Assembly: GCA_963815195.1 (NCBI GenBank)
Contig: CAWFGE010000016.1
Span: 127,342-191,341 of the forward strand
DNA from: an uncultured Planctomycetaceae bacterium
GTDB taxonomy: Bacteria; Planctomycetota; Planctomycetia; Planctomycetales; Planctomycetaceae
Direction: 5' to 3'
DNA: 64,000 nucleotides
Part shown: one piece after another, positions 1 through 9,326 of the stretch
Position numbering within the stretch: position 1 is the stretch's first letter
How the letters are laid out: the number at the start of each line of letters is the position of its first letter
Program-made: the position numbers and the translations under genes
Notes under the pieces: model-generated
Database searches by the model: none
Told to the model about the DNA's origin: nothing
What the model saw: only the letters and a program-made list of their open reading frames with translations

Positions 1-190
1 GATGCCAGGTCGAGACGGGCTGCAAATGCAACCACTGCACAATCGCTTGATAACTGCGGGAACCACAGAGCACCGCGCAGACAACCGTGGCCAGCATGGC
101 CGAGAGAGGGTGACGTAGTCCCTGACGCCCCCGTGGATCAGGAACTTGCGACACAAAGGCCAGCAAGCTCCTCCCGGGAGCAGAAGCCAT
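1..190 (-). CDS. ISAs1-family transposase, N-terminal part (DDE_Tnp_1-associated domain), partial
   Basis: Manual translation from ATG 190: MASAPGRSLLAFVSQVPDPRGRQGLRHPLSAMLATVVCAVLCGSRSYQAIVQWLHLQPVSTWH. The DPR..G.RH.L...L...CAVLCG..S...I..W pattern is typical of ISAs1. RBS at 200-204. Not in the ORF track. Confidence 0.85.
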   Translation of the reverse strand, partial: MASAPGRSLLAFVSQVPDPRGRQGLRHPLSAMLATVVCAVLCGSRSYQAIVQWLHLQPVSTWH

Positions 191-278
191 CGAATCCATC
201 CTCCAAGGGAGAAAAATGTTCCGTCAAACTTCCAACATTCTACCCAACACCCGCCTCATAAAAAAGCGGGACGCCCTG
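1..278 (-). mobile_element. Left end of an ISAs1-family insertion sequence (truncated by the window edge)
   Basis: The minus strand from 278 reads CAGGGCGTCCCGCTTTTT; CAGGG is the usual ISAs1/H-repeat terminus. It is followed by a GGAGG RBS and a transposase N-terminus. Confidence 0.75.
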
Positions 279-297
279 GAATTTTCCCGGCCCTCGG

Positions 298-325
298 TTG
301 CAAGTCCGGCAGGGGTGGTTAAACT
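298..325 (+). promoter_or_regulatory. Putative sigma-70 promoter of the rpsP operon
   Basis: TTGCAA-16 nt-TAAACT, about 65 nt upstream of rpsP. Confidence 0.4.
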
Positions 326-390
326 ACGAGGTTTCCGCACCGAAAATCCCGGTTTGTGCAGGTTTGTTCCCGTGTTTGAGGAGAAGTTAG

Positions 391-753
391 GTGGCCGTTC
401 GGATTCGCATGAAACGTTTCGGGCGCAGGCATCGCCCGTTCTTCCGCATTTGCGTGATGGACGCCCGCAGCCCGCGCGACGGCAAGGCAATTGAAGAACT
501 CGGCTATTACGATCCGATGGTTCGCGACAAGTCGCAGCGCGTGAGCCTCAAAATGGACCGCGTGGATTACTGGATGTCCGTCGGGGCCCAGCCTTCGGAA
601 AAGGTCTCCACGCTGATTAAGAAAGTCAAGAACAACAAGTTCGGCAAAGCCGCCCCGCCGCCTCCGATGACAGCTCCCAAGGCCCCGCCGGAACCCGAAG
701 CCGAGTCGGAAACCCCCGCCGAAGAAGCCCCCACGGAAGGCGGCGAGGAATAA
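391..753 (+). CDS. rpsP: 30S ribosomal protein S16
   Basis: MAVRIRMKRFGRRHRPFFRICVMDARSPRDGKAIEELGYYDP; Pro/Glu-rich tail. Confidence 0.98.
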   Translation: MAVRIRMKRFGRRHRPFFRICVMDARSPRDGKAIEELGYYDPMVRDKSQRVSLKMDRVDYWMSVGAQPSEKVSTLIKKVKNNKFGKAAPPPPMTAPKAPPEPEAESETPAEEAPTEGGEE

Positions 754-780
754 GGAATGAACGTGCGAGAAAAGAATTAG

Positions 781-848
781 CCGCAGGGGGGCACCGCCCG
801 CAGGGGGGCACCGCCCGCAGGGGGGCACCGCCCGCAGGGGGGTCCGCC
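781..848 (+). repeat. 17-bp tandem repeat, 4 copies (CCGCAGGGGGGCACCGC; last copy degenerate)
   Basis: Directly visible between rpsP and trmD. Confidence 0.95.
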
Positions 849-920
849 CCGGTTTAATGGATTTTCTCTCACGTTTGCTGAACCGGACGCTAGCGCGTGC
901 CGGCTAATAAGTTGAGTCCA

Positions 921-1637
921 ATGCGTTTCGATGTGCTGACGCTCTTTCCGGAGATTTTCAATGGCTATCTTCAGCAAAGTCTGTTGAAGCTCGCCATCGA
1001 ACGCGGTTTGGTCGAAGTGCATCTGTGGGATTTTCGGAATTGGGCCCCCGGCAAACGGCGGTCGGTGGATGACAAGCCCTTTGGGGGCGGACCGGGGATG
1101 CTCCTCTGCTGCCAACCGGTGTTCGACGCCGTGGAAGCCGTGCAGAAAGAAGGCGAAGCGCCGGGGCAGCTCGTGATGCTCTCGCCCCAAGGCCGGCGGC
1201 TGACGCAAAAAGTGGTGGAAGAACTCGCCGGCTTCCCCCGGTTGTTGTTGTTGTGCGGACGATACGAAGGTTTTGATGAGCGGATTCGGCAGGGACTAAA
1301 ACCCATCGAAATCTCGGCCGGAGACTTCATCGCCAACGGCGGCGAAGTCCCCGCGATGTTGGTGATCGACACGGTGATCCGGCTGGTTCCCGGCGTCCTC
1401 GGCGATGAAACCAGCCACAAATACGAATCCTTTGCAGAATCGGGCCTGCTCGAATATCCTCAATACACAAGGCCCCGCGAGTTCCGCGGGATGGAAGTCC
1501 CCGAGGTGCTTATCAACGGCAACCATCAGGAAATCGAGCGTTGGCGGCAGGAACAAGCACTCAAACGAACCCAAGAACGGCGGGCCGATTTGCTCGCCGG
1601 CCAAAATAAAACGACACAAACCCAAGAAGGAACCTAA
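921..1637 (+). CDS. trmD: tRNA (guanine-N1)-methyltransferase
   Basis: MRFDVLTLFPE, VDDKPFGGGPGM, CGRYEGFDER, LLEYPQYTRP. Confidence 0.98.
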   Translation: MRFDVLTLFPEIFNGYLQQSLLKLAIERGLVEVHLWDFRNWAPGKRRSVDDKPFGGGPGMLLCCQPVFDAVEAVQKEGEAPGQLVMLSPQGRRLTQKVVEELAGFPRLLLLCGRYEGFDERIRQGLKPIEISAGDFIANGGEVPAMLVIDTVIRLVPGVLGDETSHKYESFAESGLLEYPQYTRPREFRGMEVPEVLINGNHQEIERWRQEQALKRTQERRADLLAGQNKTTQTQEGT

Positions 1638-1640
1638 GCC

Positions 1641-2006
1641 ATGCACGAGTTGCTATTGAAGGCGGAAGCCTCCAGCCTTCGCGAGGAACCGTTGGAATTT
1701 GAAATCGGCGACAGCGTGGACGTCCACACGCGGATCCTGGAAGGCAACAAGGAACGCATCCAGGTGTTCAGCGGCGTGGTGATCGCCACGCGGGGCAGCG
1801 GCACGCGGGAGATGTTCACCGTCCGCCGAATCGTCGCCGGCGAAGGCGTGGAGCGGACCTTCCCCGTCAACTCCCCCAAAATCGCCAAGCTGGAAGTCGT
1901 CCGCCACGGCCGCGTCCGCCGGGCGAAGTTGTATTACCTCCGCGACCGCGTCGGCAAAGCGACCCGCCTCGCCGAACGCCGCGCAAAAGAGACCGACAAG
2001 CAGTAA
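1641..2006 (+). CDS. rplS: 50S ribosomal protein L19
   Basis: [37 protein letters not shown]. Confidence 0.98.
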   Translation: MHELLLKAEASSLREEPLEFEIGDSVDVHTRILEGNKERIQVFSGVVIATRGSGTREMFTVRRIVAGEGVERTFPVNSPKIAKLEVVRHGRVRRAKLYYLRDRVGKATRLAERRAKETDKQ

Positions 2007-2013
2007 AGCTTAA

Positions 2014-2117
2014 AGGCGAGCGGGGGGCGTAAGCCCCCTGGTTTGCTACAGCCCTGGAAACGTAACCGAACACAAGCGATCGTGAGTGACCAGCCAGCTT
2101 ACGCTGGCCGCTCGCCT
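2014..2117. repeat. REP-like inverted-repeat element
   Basis: AGGCGAGCGG...CCGCTCGCCT termini with internal GCGTAAGC/GCTTACGC arms; termini related to the elements at 27919 and 55000. Confidence 0.7.
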
Positions 2118-2143
2118 GGACAGATTTGGTTGTGGGATTTCCC

Positions 2144-2542
2144 ATGTTGCGGGCGCTCTTCATCCATTGGCTTGGTGATCGGGGAGAGCGAAAGGCCGCG
2201 AGCTTTCTTCGCAAGCAGGGCTACCGCATTCTGGCCCGCCAGTATGCCAACCGTTTCGGCGAAATCGATTTGATCGCCCGCGACGGGGACTCGATCGTGT
2301 TCGTGGAAGTCAAAACCCGCCGGTCCGACCAGGCGGGACTCCCCGTGGAAGCCGTGACTGCGGACAAGCAGCGCAAACTCACGAATACCGCGCTCGTGTG
2401 GCTCAAACGGCGGGGCTTGTTGGAATCCCGCTGCCGATTCGATGTGGTCGCGATCGTCTGGCCGAAAGACTCCAAATCCCCCGAGATCACCCACTACAAA
2501 AACGCATTCCCCGCCGCCGGCTTCGGGAGCATGTATTCCTGA
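2144..2542 (+). CDS. yraN: YraN family (UPF0102) predicted endonuclease
   Basis: LGDRGERKAASFLRKQGYRIL, GEIDLIA, IVFVEVKTR, CRFDVVAI. Confidence 0.93.
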   Translation: MLRALFIHWLGDRGERKAASFLRKQGYRILARQYANRFGEIDLIARDGDSIVFVEVKTRRSDQAGLPVEAVTADKQRKLTNTALVWLKRRGLLESRCRFDVVAIVWPKDSKSPEITHYKNAFPAAGFGSMYS

Positions 2543-2552
2543 AAACCGGGCG

Positions 2553-3686
2553 TCAGTCTTCTTTCCGGGGCGGTCGGGGGCCGTAGTATTGGTAATAGGT
2601 GCAGGCGATGCGGCCGTTGTAGAGTTTGCGGCGTTTGTCGGCTTTCTTGCCGAAAAGCCGTTCAAAGTCGGGGTGCGAGGTCAGCACATAGATCGACCAC
2701 GTATCCAGCGGCTCAAACACGCGGGCCATGTCGCGGTACAGGTTTTCGACTTCGCTTATGTTCCCGGAGCGTTCGCCGTAGGGCGGATTCGCGATCACGC
2801 AGCCGAATTTCTTGGGCGTGGAGAGACCCTGAAACTCCTGCTGCTGAAAATGGATGTCCGCTTCCACGCCGGCGGCGCGGGCATGTTGGCGGGCATGGCG
2901 AAGGACCAACGGATTTCGGTCGTTGGCGACGATGGGAAACGCCAGATCCCCCGTCGCCAGGTCGCGGGCTTCATTGCGAGCTTCCGTCCAAAGCGTTCCA
3001 GAAACTTGCGGCCAATGCTCCGAGGCGAAGGTGCGGTTCAATCCGGGGGCTAAGTTTCGCCCGATGAGCGCGGCTTCGATGGGCAGCGTGCCCGCTCCGC
3101 AAAAGGGATCGATCAGCGGGCGCTCGCGGTTCCAAAAGCTGAGTTGAATCAGCCCCGCCGCCAGCGTTTCCTTGAGCGGCGACAACCCGCCGGCCAAGCG
3201 GTAGCCCCGTTTGTGGAGGCCCGGCCCCGAAGTGTCGATCGCCAGCACCGCCTTGTCGTGGATGATCGAGATTTCGACGGCGTATTCCGGCCCCGTTTCT
3301 TCGATCCAATCGCCTCCCTGCTTGGACTTCAGGGCTTCCACGATGGCTTTCTTCACGATGGACTGGCAGGAAGGCACGTGATGCAGTTGGGACCAAGACG
3401 ACCGCCCGCGGACCGGGAATTGGGCCTTTGCCGGCAGGATTTCCGGCCAAGGCACCGCTTTGGTTTGATCGAAGAGTTCGCCGAAGTCGCGGGCTTCGAA
3501 CTCGGCGACCTTCCACATCACGCGGTCGGCGGAGCGGAGCCAAAGATTGCTCCGGCAGGCGCCCAGCCAGTCGGCTTCGTAGATGACCCGGCCATCCTCC
3601 GTTCGCTGCTGCTCAAACCCCAGCGCACGCAGCTCGCGCGCGACGACCGCTTCCAATCCAAATTTCGCCGTGGCCAATAATTCCAT
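2553..3686 (-). CDS. THUMP-domain class I SAM-dependent RNA methyltransferase (RlmL/YpsC-like)
   Basis: ATAKFGLEAVVAREL, NLWLRSADRV, GLHKRGYR, PLKETLAAG, DPFCGAGT, NPPYGER. Confidence 0.92.
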   Translation of the reverse strand: MELLATAKFGLEAVVARELRALGFEQQRTEDGRVIYEADWLGACRSNLWLRSADRVMWKVAEFEARDFGELFDQTKAVPWPEILPAKAQFPVRGRSSWSQLHHVPSCQSIVKKAIVEALKSKQGGDWIEETGPEYAVEISIIHDKAVLAIDTSGPGLHKRGYRLAGGLSPLKETLAAGLIQLSFWNRERPLIDPFCGAGTLPIEAALIGRNLAPGLNRTFASEHWPQVSGTLWTEARNEARDLATGDLAFPIVANDRNPLVLRHARQHARAAGVEADIHFQQQEFQGLSTPKKFGCVIANPPYGERSGNISEVENLYRDMARVFEPLDTWSIYVLTSHPDFERLFGKKADKRRKLYNGRIACTYYQYYGPRPPRKED

Positions 3687-4599
3687 TAAGAGTTCGCTGG
3701 GAAAGTTTGTGATTCAAAGGAGAAACCGTCAATGTTTCAGTCGTGGCAGGAATCTGTTCGGGAAACAATTGCAGGATCGTCTCTTGGATGCGTTGGATCC
3801 GGCGGTCGGGATCGGGGTGGGTGCTGAAAAACTCCGCGGTTCGGCCTTGCCCCGCCGATTTGAGAACCTTGATCACCTCGAGCATCGCCAGCGGATTGTA
3901 GCCGGCTTTCGCCATGAAATACACGCCGTCGCGGTCGGCTTCCAGCTCATCCTCGCGGCCGTATTTCATGTTGATGAGCTTCCCCAACGCCAAGGCGACT
4001 TGGGCGGCCCTTTGCGTTTCCGGATCGTCGGGATCATCCGAGGAGAGCACCACCGCTCCGGTGATTTCCTTCGTGAGCTGCGACTTGGCAAGCCGCTCGG
4101 CGCTGTGGCGTTCGACGACATGGGCAATCTCATGAGCCAGGACGCCCGCGAGTTGGCCGTCCGTTGGAAGTTGATCCAAAAGCCCCGCCGTGATAAACAC
4201 CTGCCCGCCGGGAAGTGCGAAGGCATTCAGGATCCGCTCATCCCGCAGCACGTGGAACTCAAACGGATAGGGATTGCGGTCGCCCAACGCCGCGGCGAGA
4301 ATTTCCCGGCCCACGCGGTCCGCGCGGCTTTGCCGGTTCGCGTCGGGGTGCAGTCCTTTGTAGCGCTTCATCATCGCGGGGGCGGCTTGCCGGCCGATGG
4401 CGATTTCCTTCTGGGGCGAGATGAAAACTCGCTGATGTTCCCCCGTCACCGGATTTGTCCGCGGCGACGTGCAATAGGAGTAGATCGAAATCCCCGCCAC
4501 CACCGCCGCCAACACGACATGGGGCAGCCGGCTCGCGCCCTGTCGCGGCGACGGCCGATGTAACGGGTGGCGACGGGCACGCAACGGACAACTCTCCAC
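3613..4599 (-). CDS. M48-family zinc metalloprotease (both ends uncertain, probable indels)
   Basis: NAFALPGG, LAHEIAHV (HEXXH), ELEAD, FFSTHP; N-terminal TM segment. The 74-bp overlap with the next gene suggests the true stop is earlier. Confidence 0.88.
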   Translation of the reverse strand: MESCPLRARRHPLHRPSPRQGASRLPHVVLAAVVAGISIYSYCTSPRTNPVTGEHQRVFISPQKEIAIGRQAAPAMMKRYKGLHPDANRQSRADRVGREILAAALGDRNPYPFEFHVLRDERILNAFALPGGQVFITAGLLDQLPTDGQLAGVLAHEIAHVVERHSAERLAKSQLTKEITGAVVLSSDDPDDPETQRAAQVALALGKLINMKYGREDELEADRDGVYFMAKAGYNPLAMLEVIKVLKSAGQGRTAEFFSTHPDPDRRIQRIQETILQLFPEQIPATTETLTVSPLNHKLSQRTLNGIIGHGEIWIGSGRRARAACAGV

Positions 4600-4691
4600 G
4601 AGACGGCACGGAACTGGACGTATTCCAAACGCTCTTCAATTATTGGCCAGGCCTGTTCGCGTTGCAACAATAATCAAATGGCCATCGCCCA

Positions 4692-6533
4692 TTAGTGCTC
4701 AACTTCCAGAACGACAGGGCCGATTTCGCAATCATCGAACTCCTGGGGTTTGTCCTTGAGCGGCGTTTGCTCCAGCCGCCAGGCGTTTGTTCCGGCTTTG
4801 AGAACGCCCGCCGGGATGGCCAGCCGGATCGGTTGTGTCGGTTTTAAGGAGCTTCGCTGGGAAATGTGGTCGTTCAGCCGGCCAAGCGGGTGCCCGTTGA
4901 GCGACACTTGGGTGCCCAGTTGGCCGTTGCGGAGTTTTGACAGAAACCGGCTGCCCGGCGGCGTGCCCGGACCGGCGGGTTCCAACTCCGCCACGTCGAG
5001 GCGCAGAAACGCTTTGCCCCGCGGAGGCAGAGGGAACGGTTCTGGTGGGCGCTGCGCGGCGGGAATTGAAACTCCCCTGCGTATTGGTGGCCGATGGGTT
5101 CCTGCACGCGGAATGCAGGTTTTCCCTGATTGCCCAGGTGGAGGACGTCGAATGTCAACACCTGCGAGACGCCGAGGAACCGGGGTTTTAAATACTCCAA
5201 TTGTTCGATCGGGATTTTGATCGTGCCGAGCCAGGCGTGGTCCAGCGTGACGGAGTCCGCATCGGCCGAGGTGAGGACGGCGGAAACTTCGTCCGGCGGT
5301 TGGTAAGGATGATCCGCGTACCGCTGGAATTGCACCTCCGCGTGCCAGCCCGTCAATTGTCGGAACAGGACGGCCGGCTTTTCCAAAGAGGCCTGGTTGC
5401 CCAAAACCAGGCGATCGAGCCGACTCCAAGGCAGCGCGGCTTTCCCGAAGGCGCCCTCGATGTGGACGGCATGCGAATCGATGTCTTCCACCCGGCCGTA
5501 AATCACGTCGCCATTCTTGAGCACCGCTTGGGCTTGCTTTTCCCATGAGAGGCGCTTTGCGTTTTCGCTTTGCCGCGAGAGGCTCCGCAAGCTGCACGTC
5601 ATCGAACCAAACCGCGGCTTCGCTTTGCGGGTTCTGATTTTGAGAAGCACTCGCTTCGGAATACAACCGGAGCGATTGCAGCTTGGCGTCCGGCGGCGGG
5701 CCGAAGGCCAACAGATGCGTGCCGAGGAACACGTGAAAACGGGTGTCGTCCCAGACGACCGTGAGCTGCTTCCAGCCGCGAGACCGAGGCAGCGGCTGAA
5801 TGGTCAAATCGAACTCCAGCGGCGCGGAAACAGTGTAAACATCCTTATCCGAAGGCAGGTAGATCGCCAGGCGGTTTTGTTGCTGCGGCATGGCCAATTG
5901 CAATTCCACGCCGTTTCGGTGTTTCTCGGTGTGCGGGGCCGGGTCGTAAAAGGCGAGGCTCAACCGTCCGGCAGCCAGCGGCTCTTTCCATGTCCGCACG
6001 AGACTGCCGCCCGGCTCGATTTCTAAAGCGGTGCGGTTTCCCATGCGGGCGGGTTTAATGTTTCCGGTGCTTTTCCAGTTGGCGGATAACGCCGACTGGA
6101 AGTCTTCCTGGAACAATTGGCTTTCGCCCTGCGGCTGGGAGATCGAAAGCACCGCCTGGGACGGCAAGTTGAAAGTCTTTCCAAGTGCTTTGACGGTGAG
6201 GTTCTGATTCGTGAACTTCAGCAACTCGCCCGTGATTCGGCCGCCTCCGCGCAGCAAGAACACGCGGGCCGGGCGTTCGTTCTGGAGGACGGGCGAGCTT
6301 CGCGGAAAGTCGATTCGCTCGACGGTTCCCAGCCGCTGCGGATTTGACTCCGCTTCCGCTTGAAATACCAAGTCGCCCGCCGACTGTCCGTGCAACCCCC
6401 CTTCCAGAATGGAGCCATTCTTGAGCCTGGCTTGTTGTTCTCCCGCATTGGTGAAATCCACCGTCCAGAGGATGACGACACCGGCGGCTAATAACGACAA
6501 CCGAATTGAGGGCGATCGAAGAAATATCATCAC
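4692..6533 (-). CDS. Secreted hypothetical protein with two compensating frameshifts (about 5545 and 5030)
   Basis: Signal peptide. The 'ARLKNGSILEG' module recurs as 'AVLKNGDVIYG' in the alternative frame 4874-5650, so the real protein passes through that frame. Confidence 0.7.
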   Translation of the reverse strand: MMIFLRSPSIRLSLLAAGVVILWTVDFTNAGEQQARLKNGSILEGGLHGQSAGDLVFQAEAESNPQRLGTVERIDFPRSSPVLQNERPARVFLLRGGGRITGELLKFTNQNLTVKALGKTFNLPSQAVLSISQPQGESQLFQEDFQSALSANWKSTGNIKPARMGNRTALEIEPGGSLVRTWKEPLAAGRLSLAFYDPAPHTEKHRNGVELQLAMPQQQNRLAIYLPSDKDVYTVSAPLEFDLTIQPLPRSRGWKQLTVVWDDTRFHVFLGTHLLAFGPPPDAKLQSLRLYSEASASQNQNPQSEAAVWFDDVQLAEPLAAKRKRKAPLMGKASPSGAQEWRRDLRPGGRHRFACRPHRGRLRESRAALESARSPGFGQPGLFGKAGRPVPTIDGLARGGAIPAVRGSSLPTAGRSFRRPHLGRCGLRHAGPRLARHDQNPDRTIGVFKTPVPRRLAGVDIRRPPPGQSGKTCIPRAGTHRPPIRRGVSIPAAQRPPEPFPLPPRGKAFLRLDVAELEPAGPGTPPGSRFLSKLRNGQLGTQVSLNGHPLGRLNDHISQRSSLKPTQPIRLAIPAGVLKAGTNAWRLEQTPLKDKPQEFDDCEIGPVVLEVEH

Positions 6534-6555
6534 GAAGTTTCAGCGTTTCATGCAG

Positions 6556-6612
6556 GCGTCCCGAAGCGAAGCTTCGCGAGACGGCGTTCTCAAGGTGGAG
6601 CTTGGGAACGAG
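6556..6612. repeat. REP-like palindromic element
   Basis: CGTCCCGAAGCGAAGCTTCGCGAGACG and CGTTCTCAAGGTGGAGCTTGGGAACG hairpins in intergenic DNA. Confidence 0.5.
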
Positions 6613-6715
6613 GAGTGGAGCGAGTCATGGATTTGTATCACAATTTCGCCGTCTAGGGCAGGATCCCGCCGGCGGGACTGCCCGACAACTCGCGGGATCG
6701 ACTTGCACGGGTCCT

Positions 6716-7129
6716 TCAAGAAGCCCGCTCGCGCTTGTCCGTGTGGCCGCACATGGGGCAGGTGATGGGGGGCGGGGTGAAGACTTCACCGCAGCGGTGG
6801 CATTCGTGGTGGGAGAGGGCGGCTTTGAAGGGGATTTTTCGCGGGGCGGGGGGTGTGCGGGGACTGTTTGCGGGCCAGATCGATTCCAGAACGCCGCCGA
6901 TGACGGCTCCCACGATTGAGAGCAGAATAATGATGACCTCCGGCGGTCTCGCTCCCGCGCACAACAGCACGCAGCCGATGAAGATGCCCAGCGTCGTTCC
7001 GCCCAACAAAAACCCAAACGCCGGTTTGCCCGGCGTCCGGGGGATGTTTGCTTTCGGTTCGGTTGGGGCCGGCGGAGCGGAGGGGCTGCGGCCGGCGGAA
7101 CCGGGGGGCGATGTTGACGGCTGGCTCAT
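6716..7129 (-). CDS. Small two-TM membrane protein with C-terminal zinc ribbon
   Basis: ATGA overlap with the upstream gene; two hydrophobic helices; CHRC...CPMC. Confidence 0.7.
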   Translation of the reverse strand: MSQPSTSPPGSAGRSPSAPPAPTEPKANIPRTPGKPAFGFLLGGTTLGIFIGCVLLCAGARPPEVIIILLSIVGAVIGGVLESIWPANSPRTPPAPRKIPFKAALSHHECHRCGEVFTPPPITCPMCGHTDKRERAS

Positions 7130-8682
7130 TCTGCCCGCAGGACCTCGATTTTGACCTTGCCCAGGATTTGCATCATCGGCATGAAGGCCGTGACCATCAC
7201 CGGGGCATCGTCCGACAGGCTGGACTCGGCGAGTTTGATGTGGGCCGCCCCGATTCCGCCCCGGCCCATCGTGGCATCGAGTGGAATCCAGGCCCCGTTG
7301 AGATACGCTTCGGTCCACATGTGCCCGCCGAAGCTTTCGGCCGATTCGACATACACCAGGCCGACCGCGACGCGGGAGGGGATGTTCTTCGCCCGCAGCA
7401 TCGCCGCGAGGAGCATCGCGTGTTCGGTGCAGTCGCCTTCCAATGAGGCCGCGACTTCCGCGGCCGAGGCGAGGGCCGTGGAGAAGTTTTTCTTGTCCAG
7501 CTTGGTTTGGACGTAGCTTTCGAGGCGGTAGGCGAGTTTCACGGGATCGGTCTCGGCCGCGGCCGCATGCCGGGCCAACTGCTGGACGCGGGAATCGTCC
7601 GATTGCAGCCAGCGGGTGGATTTGAGGTATTCGTCACGGGCCGGCGTTTCCTTGCGGGGCTTCGGGGGGATCTTGGCCTGCGTCACGGTGAGTTCCACCG
7701 TCTGTGGATTGATGCGTTTGACCTCTTGCGTCGGGCCTTGGACAAAGAACCGGCTGGGGTCATCCTCTTCCAGAGTGATGCGGTACACCACGCGCTTCGT
7801 GGCGTGGCCGTTTTGGATGGGATCGACCGGGACCAGCGTATTGACGATCAAGTCCAGCTCTTCGCCCGCGATTTTTTTGAGGGCCTCTTCCTGGGAGACG
7901 CGGTAGGTCCGCATCTGCTGGCCGAGAAGAGCGGTTTCGGTGAGCATCACTTCGCCGTCGGCGTTGTAGTAGGCCCGCGTGGTCAGCGTGGGGTTGACCG
8001 ATTGCGTCACGCGGACTTTGAGCAGCTTGTGCTGTTTGCCGTCGAGGAGTTTGACGAAGCGGTAATCGTCGGTGGAGAACTTGACGGTCGAGCCCGCGTC
8101 CAACTCCGGGAGAAAGGTTTTGAAGGTCCGGGTCTCGCCGGGCTTTAAGGGCGTTTGGCGGATGGAGCGGTCCTGAAACACGGGCGATTTGGTTTCGGGA
8201 TCCCAGTTTCGGGACCGGCGGTCTCTGCGGTCGCCGGTCTGCGTTTCCAGCCGGAGCCAGCGGCTTTCGACTTTGGCTTCGGTGCGGCTCGAGCTTTTGG
8301 GCGGGTTCCGCATCTCGTACACAAACGACAACATCGCGCCGGTGAGCGATTCCGTGACTTCTTGATGGGTCTTGATGACCGTGGTGTCGCCGAGCCGTTT
8401 GAAAGTCAGATGCAAATCCGAAGTGGTGACGACGATGCGCTGTTTGCCTTGGACTTCCAGCCGGGCCTTGGCGTGGGCGTAGCCGATGCGGTTCTCTCCG
8501 AGATAGACGACCTCCCAGGACTCGTGGTTGATGGGGTCCACCGGTTTCCGCACGGGAGCGGCCGATGATTGGCCGGGCACGATTTGCGGGAGCTGAGCCG
8601 AGGCGGTTTGTACCGTGCCGACGCTCAGTGCCAAGGCGGAAAGGAGCCACAACGCGGAAAGTGAGACGGGTCTGATGTTCAT
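7126..8682 (-). CDS. Secreted transglutaminase-like domain protein
   Basis: Signal peptide; GDCTEHAMLLAAMLRA, GHMWTEAY, W.PLDAT (Cys-His-Asp triad). Confidence 0.9.
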   Translation of the reverse strand: MNIRPVSLSALWLLSALALSVGTVQTASAQLPQIVPGQSSAAPVRKPVDPINHESWEVVYLGENRIGYAHAKARLEVQGKQRIVVTTSDLHLTFKRLGDTTVIKTHQEVTESLTGAMLSFVYEMRNPPKSSSRTEAKVESRWLRLETQTGDRRDRRSRNWDPETKSPVFQDRSIRQTPLKPGETRTFKTFLPELDAGSTVKFSTDDYRFVKLLDGKQHKLLKVRVTQSVNPTLTTRAYYNADGEVMLTETALLGQQMRTYRVSQEEALKKIAGEELDLIVNTLVPVDPIQNGHATKRVVYRITLEEDDPSRFFVQGPTQEVKRINPQTVELTVTQAKIPPKPRKETPARDEYLKSTRWLQSDDSRVQQLARHAAAAETDPVKLAYRLESYVQTKLDKKNFSTALASAAEVAASLEGDCTEHAMLLAAMLRAKNIPSRVAVGLVYVESAESFGGHMWTEAYLNGAWIPLDATMGRGGIGAAHIKLAESSLSDDAPVMVTAFMPMMQILGKVKIEVLRAE

Positions 8683-9326
8683 AATGGCTCCCGGCCGAAT
8701 AAAGGTTGACGCAAGTGTCGGAAGAGTCTGGGTTTTCCCCATTATAGGGAAAATAAGGAATCGGCCTACTGCATTGTCGGTGCGAACGACCGGGTTAGCC
8801 GCAGGGCGCTCGCCCCGGTTCAGCGATATGAGCCGCGAGGCGCTCCGGTTCCGCAAACCCAGAGAAAACTCATAAACCGGAGCGCGCGGCCTGCGGCTAG
8901 TTTTTTTCCATTTTTCAACCATTTGCCAGCGAGGATGGAAGACACAACTCCTTTTCAAGTCGAAACTTACGGTTACTCATTCTCTGTCTTACCACCTCTG
9001 ACCCGACCGGGAGTTGGGGTGCGTCGGAAAAGGCCGCCTGAAGCCCGCGGTTTTCCTGGTTTGTCTCCGCCGTTTCTCGGGCGGCATTCCACGAGAAAAT
9101 CCCCAAGTCTTTCCGGATTGCCCGTTACTTTTGAAATTCGCATGCTACATTTGCCCGTGGATGAAGTTCGTCCATTGGGAGCGCGTCCAAGACGGCGCGT
9201 TTGACCGAATACTTCCGGCTGGCAATTCAGGAGGAACGCTCGCCGTTCGGACAATACGTTCGGACAGAACATCTCGCAAATAATCGGCTGGCGCGGGACG
9301 GCCCAGCCGCAGAGGGGACCATAGAG

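Noticed and set aside
781..848. CRISPR array
   Set aside because: The repeats are contiguous with no spacers, and no cas genes are present
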